Positions 61,916 through 64,000 of a stretch of 64,000 bases of DNA are shown piece after piece (positions within the stretch are counted from its first letter, which is position 1; each line of letters opens with the position of its first letter). A program made the translations under genes and the position numbers. The notes beneath the pieces were generated by a model, which was not told the DNA's origin, made no database searches, and saw only the letters and a program-made list of their open reading frames with translations. Source of the stretch: a virus; the IMG/VR virus record IMGVR_UViG_3300035682_000004. One strand, written 5' to 3'.

Positions 61916-62668
61916 ATGGAAGAAAACAAATTTAAGGTCCCAACCGAAACTATAGAACTACCGTCACAAGGACTTCTATATCCCGAATCACACCCGTTAT
62001 CAAGCGGTAAACTTGAAATGAAATATATGACAGCGAGAGAAGAAGATATTCTAACTAACTCGGCTTATATCAAACAAGGTACAGTAATTGATAAATTATT
62101 ACAATCATTAATTGTTACTAAATTTGATTATAATGATTTGTTAGTAGGTGATAAAAACTCATTAATGATTGCTGCTCGTGTATTAGCATATGGTAAAGAT
62201 TATGAATTTAATTATGATGGAACAGAACAAAAAGTTGATTTATCATTATTAAACCCAAAACCAGTATCACCAGAAGTAAAAGCAAGTAAAGGAGCTAATA
62301 TGTTTAATTATACTTTACCTGATTCAGGTAATGTAATTACATTTAAATTATTAACTCACGGTGACGAACAAAAAATTGATGCTGAAGTAAAAGGTTTAAA
62401 AAAATTAAACAAAGACGCATCAAATGAAGGTATAGTAAGACTATGTCATATGATTACAGCTGTTAATGGTGACTCAGAAACTAAATCAATTCGTGATTTT
62501 ATTAATAATTACTTATTAGCTAAAGAAGCTAGAGCATTTAGACAACATTACGCATCTATATCACCAGACATTGATTTAACTACATCAGTTACTAATTCTA
62601 GAGGTGCAGAGGAGGACATCGAAGTTCCTATTACTATTAACTTTTTTTGGCCTGACGCCCGAGTATAG
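61916..62668 (+). CDS. T4 gp26-like baseplate-hub/tail assembly chaperone
   Basis: IELPSQG; MTAREEDIL; ends INFFWPDARV; lies between tube and tape measure. Confidence 0.75.
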   Translation: MEENKFKVPTETIELPSQGLLYPESHPLSSGKLEMKYMTAREEDILTNSAYIKQGTVIDKLLQSLIVTKFDYNDLLVGDKNSLMIAARVLAYGKDYEFNYDGTEQKVDLSLLNPKPVSPEVKASKGANMFNYTLPDSGNVITFKLLTHGDEQKIDAEVKGLKKLNKDASNEGIVRLCHMITAVNGDSETKSIRDFINNYLLAKEARAFRQHYASISPDIDLTTSVTNSRGAEEDIEVPITINFFWPDARV

Positions 62669-62903
62669 ATTCTCTTTATTCACAGAAATACATGAAATAG
62701 TATTTCATGGTAATGGTGGATATGATTGGCATACAATATATAATATGCCTATATGGTTAAGAAAATTTACATTTAATAAACTTAAAGACCATTATTCTCC
62801 TAAAAAAGATGATGTTGTTGATGAGTCAATTAAAAATATGAAATTAGCATCTAAAATTCCAATACAAACACCAACATACAGTACAAGGGCATCTAAAAAA
62901 TAG
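62643..62903 (+). CDS. gp51-like/gpGT-like chaperone segment, probably reached by +1 frameshift
   Basis: No good ATG start; EIHEIVFHG..YDWHTIYNMPIWLRKF; +1 frame relative to the upstream gene at the T7 run. Confidence 0.6.
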   Translation, partial: FFGLTPEYRFSLFTEIHEIVFHGNGGYDWHTIYNMPIWLRKFTFNKLKDHYSPKKDDVVDESIKNMKLASKIPIQTPTYSTRASKK

Positions 62904-62911
62904 ATGCCTTT
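62885..62911 (+). terminator. Hairpin, possible terminator
   Basis: AAGGGCATCTA-aaaaa-TAGATGCCTTT. Confidence 0.5.
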
Positions 62912-62913
62912 GA

Positions 62914-62921
62914 TATTTATA
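62914..62921 (+). promoter_or_regulatory. Putative late promoter TATTTATA
   Basis: Upstream of the ATG at 62938. Confidence 0.6.
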
Positions 62922-62937
62922 ACAAAATAACCTAATA

Positions 62938-64000
62938 ATGGCAGATAAGTTTAAAGGTTTAGATAAAGAAACATTAGCTTCAGCATTGGATATAAAAAAT
63001 TCAATGAAGGATATTGGAATAGCTACCCAAGATCTAAACAAAAGACTTCAACGTACAAATAGTATATTAGTTGATGTTGGTTCTGAATTTAATAAAATAT
63101 CAAAAGCAGCAAATAATGTAGCTGATTTACAAGAAAAAGCTAAAAAATCATCTACAGCAACTAAAGATGCGTTTACTGAGCAAATTAAACAATTAAATAT
63201 TGTTAAAACTCTTAATATTCAAATTGATAATTTATATAGAGCATCAAAAACTACATTAAAAGGTGAAATTAAAGCTAATTTAGAATTACAAGCAAAAAAT
63301 CTATCAGCCGCTAGAGATAACGCTCAAGCATTAGCTAATGATTTTAAATCAATAGCAGAAAGTTCAGCTGAATTATCTAATTCAACTCTTATATTTAGTA
63401 CTTTAGCAGAAGTCGCATCAAGTGCTAAAGGATTAAAAACATTTGCCGCTCCTTTTGAAGCAGCAGCTGAAGCATCACGAAAACAAGTACTAGAAAATGC
63501 TAAAAGCTTAAGTATTAAAGAAAGATTAAAAGAATTAACAGAAGAAGAATTAGCAACTGGTAAAGGTTTAACTAAACAAAGAATACAAGATCTAGGTTTA
63601 CAAGATATAGTAGGTAAGAGAGCAGGACCTGCAGCCGCTAACTTACTTAAGACAGCGCAAGCAACAGCTAAAACTCAGTCAGTTGGTATAGCTGGTCTAT
63701 CAGCTGGTTTTAAAGCCTTAGGTCCAATAATATCAAAAGTATTAGGTCCTGTAGGTGCAATTTTAAAACTTGTAGAAATTTTTAATTTCTTTAAAGATGC
63801 TATGTTTGAAGCTGATAAACGTGTAACAGGTATAGCTAAAAATTTAAGTGTAAGTAAAGATGTATCTCGAGCTATATATAGAAGTTTTATAGACTCAAAG
63901 TCAGTATTAACTACCCAATTATCTACTACTAAAAATATAGTTGAAGCTTTTAATGAATTATCAGACTTATCTAATTTTGTTACTTTAGCAAATACTAAAC
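62938..64000 (+). CDS. Probable tape measure protein, 3'-truncated by the window edge and absent from the ORF track
   Basis: ATG at 62938 (MADKFKGLDKETLAS...); Ala/Lys-rich helical sequence running off the end; synteny after tube and chaperones. Confidence 0.75.
   Translation, partial: MADKFKGLDKETLASALDIKNSMKDIGIATQDLNKRLQRTNSILVDVGSEFNKISKAANNVADLQEKAKKSSTATKDAFTEQIKQLNIVKTLNIQIDNLYRASKTTLKGEIKANLELQAKNLSAARDNAQALANDFKSIAESSAELSNSTLIFSTLAEVASSAKGLKTFAAPFEAAAEASRKQVLENAKSLSIKERLKELTEEELATGKGLTKQRIQDLGLQDIVGKRAGPAAANLLKTAQATAKTQSVGIAGLSAGFKALGPIISKVLGPVGAILKLVEIFNFFKDAMFEADKRVTGIAKNLSVSKDVSRAIYRSFIDSKSVLTTQLSTTKNIVEAFNELSDLSNFVTLANTK

Noticed and set aside
62604-62642. GTG start at 62604 for the gp51-like ORF
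   Set aside because: The N-terminal extension looks like off-frame sequence of the upstream gene; the frameshift model fits better, though it is unproven
1-64000. Alternative genetic code (stop-codon reassignment)
   Set aside because: Conserved genes (terminase, portal, MCP, sheath) are full length under code 11, and TAG ends several genes at plausible positions
1-64000. tRNA genes, introns, inteins, integrase, transposase or DGR
   Set aside because: Intergenic gaps are short and none showed a cloverleaf by eye; terminase and capsid genes are uninterrupted; no RT or recombinase motifs seen

Overview
The window is part of a large, very AT-rich tailed phage genome with T4-like (myovirus) morphogenesis genes, and essentially all credible genes are on the + strand. 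Order: (1) a ~16 kb array of small or modular ORFs (1-16.7 kb) with recurring short amphipathic leaders and (L/I/V)-x-E sites; (2) a small metabolic island (FAD oxidoreductase, LpxH-like phosphoesterase, IscA/HesB, P-loop kinase); (3) spanin-like pair, large terminase, portal, gp21-like prohead protease, a signal-peptide nuclease, scaffold, gp23-like major capsid protein, PhoH and neck/tail-completion proteins; (4) three giant (Gly-X-Ser)n fibre proteins interleaved with two glycosyltransferase genes; (5) tail sheath, tail tube, a gp26-like/gp51-like chaperone pair and the start of a probable tape measure gene. Two promoter classes are visible: TATTTATA before virion genes and TTGG-N18/19-TA(T/C)ATT before accessory genes. 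The second class, plus the lack of Shine-Dalgarno sites, suggests a Bacteroidota host. Best candidates for new biology: a modular capsid-cargo system, in which the scaffold C-terminal motif RMQK(I/L)AG is reused as an N-terminal tag and payload domains are separated by prohead-protease-type sites; a +1 slippery site joining the tail chaperones; and possible glycosylation of the Ser-rich fibres and virion surface. All functional calls come from motif recognition by eye; no database search was run.
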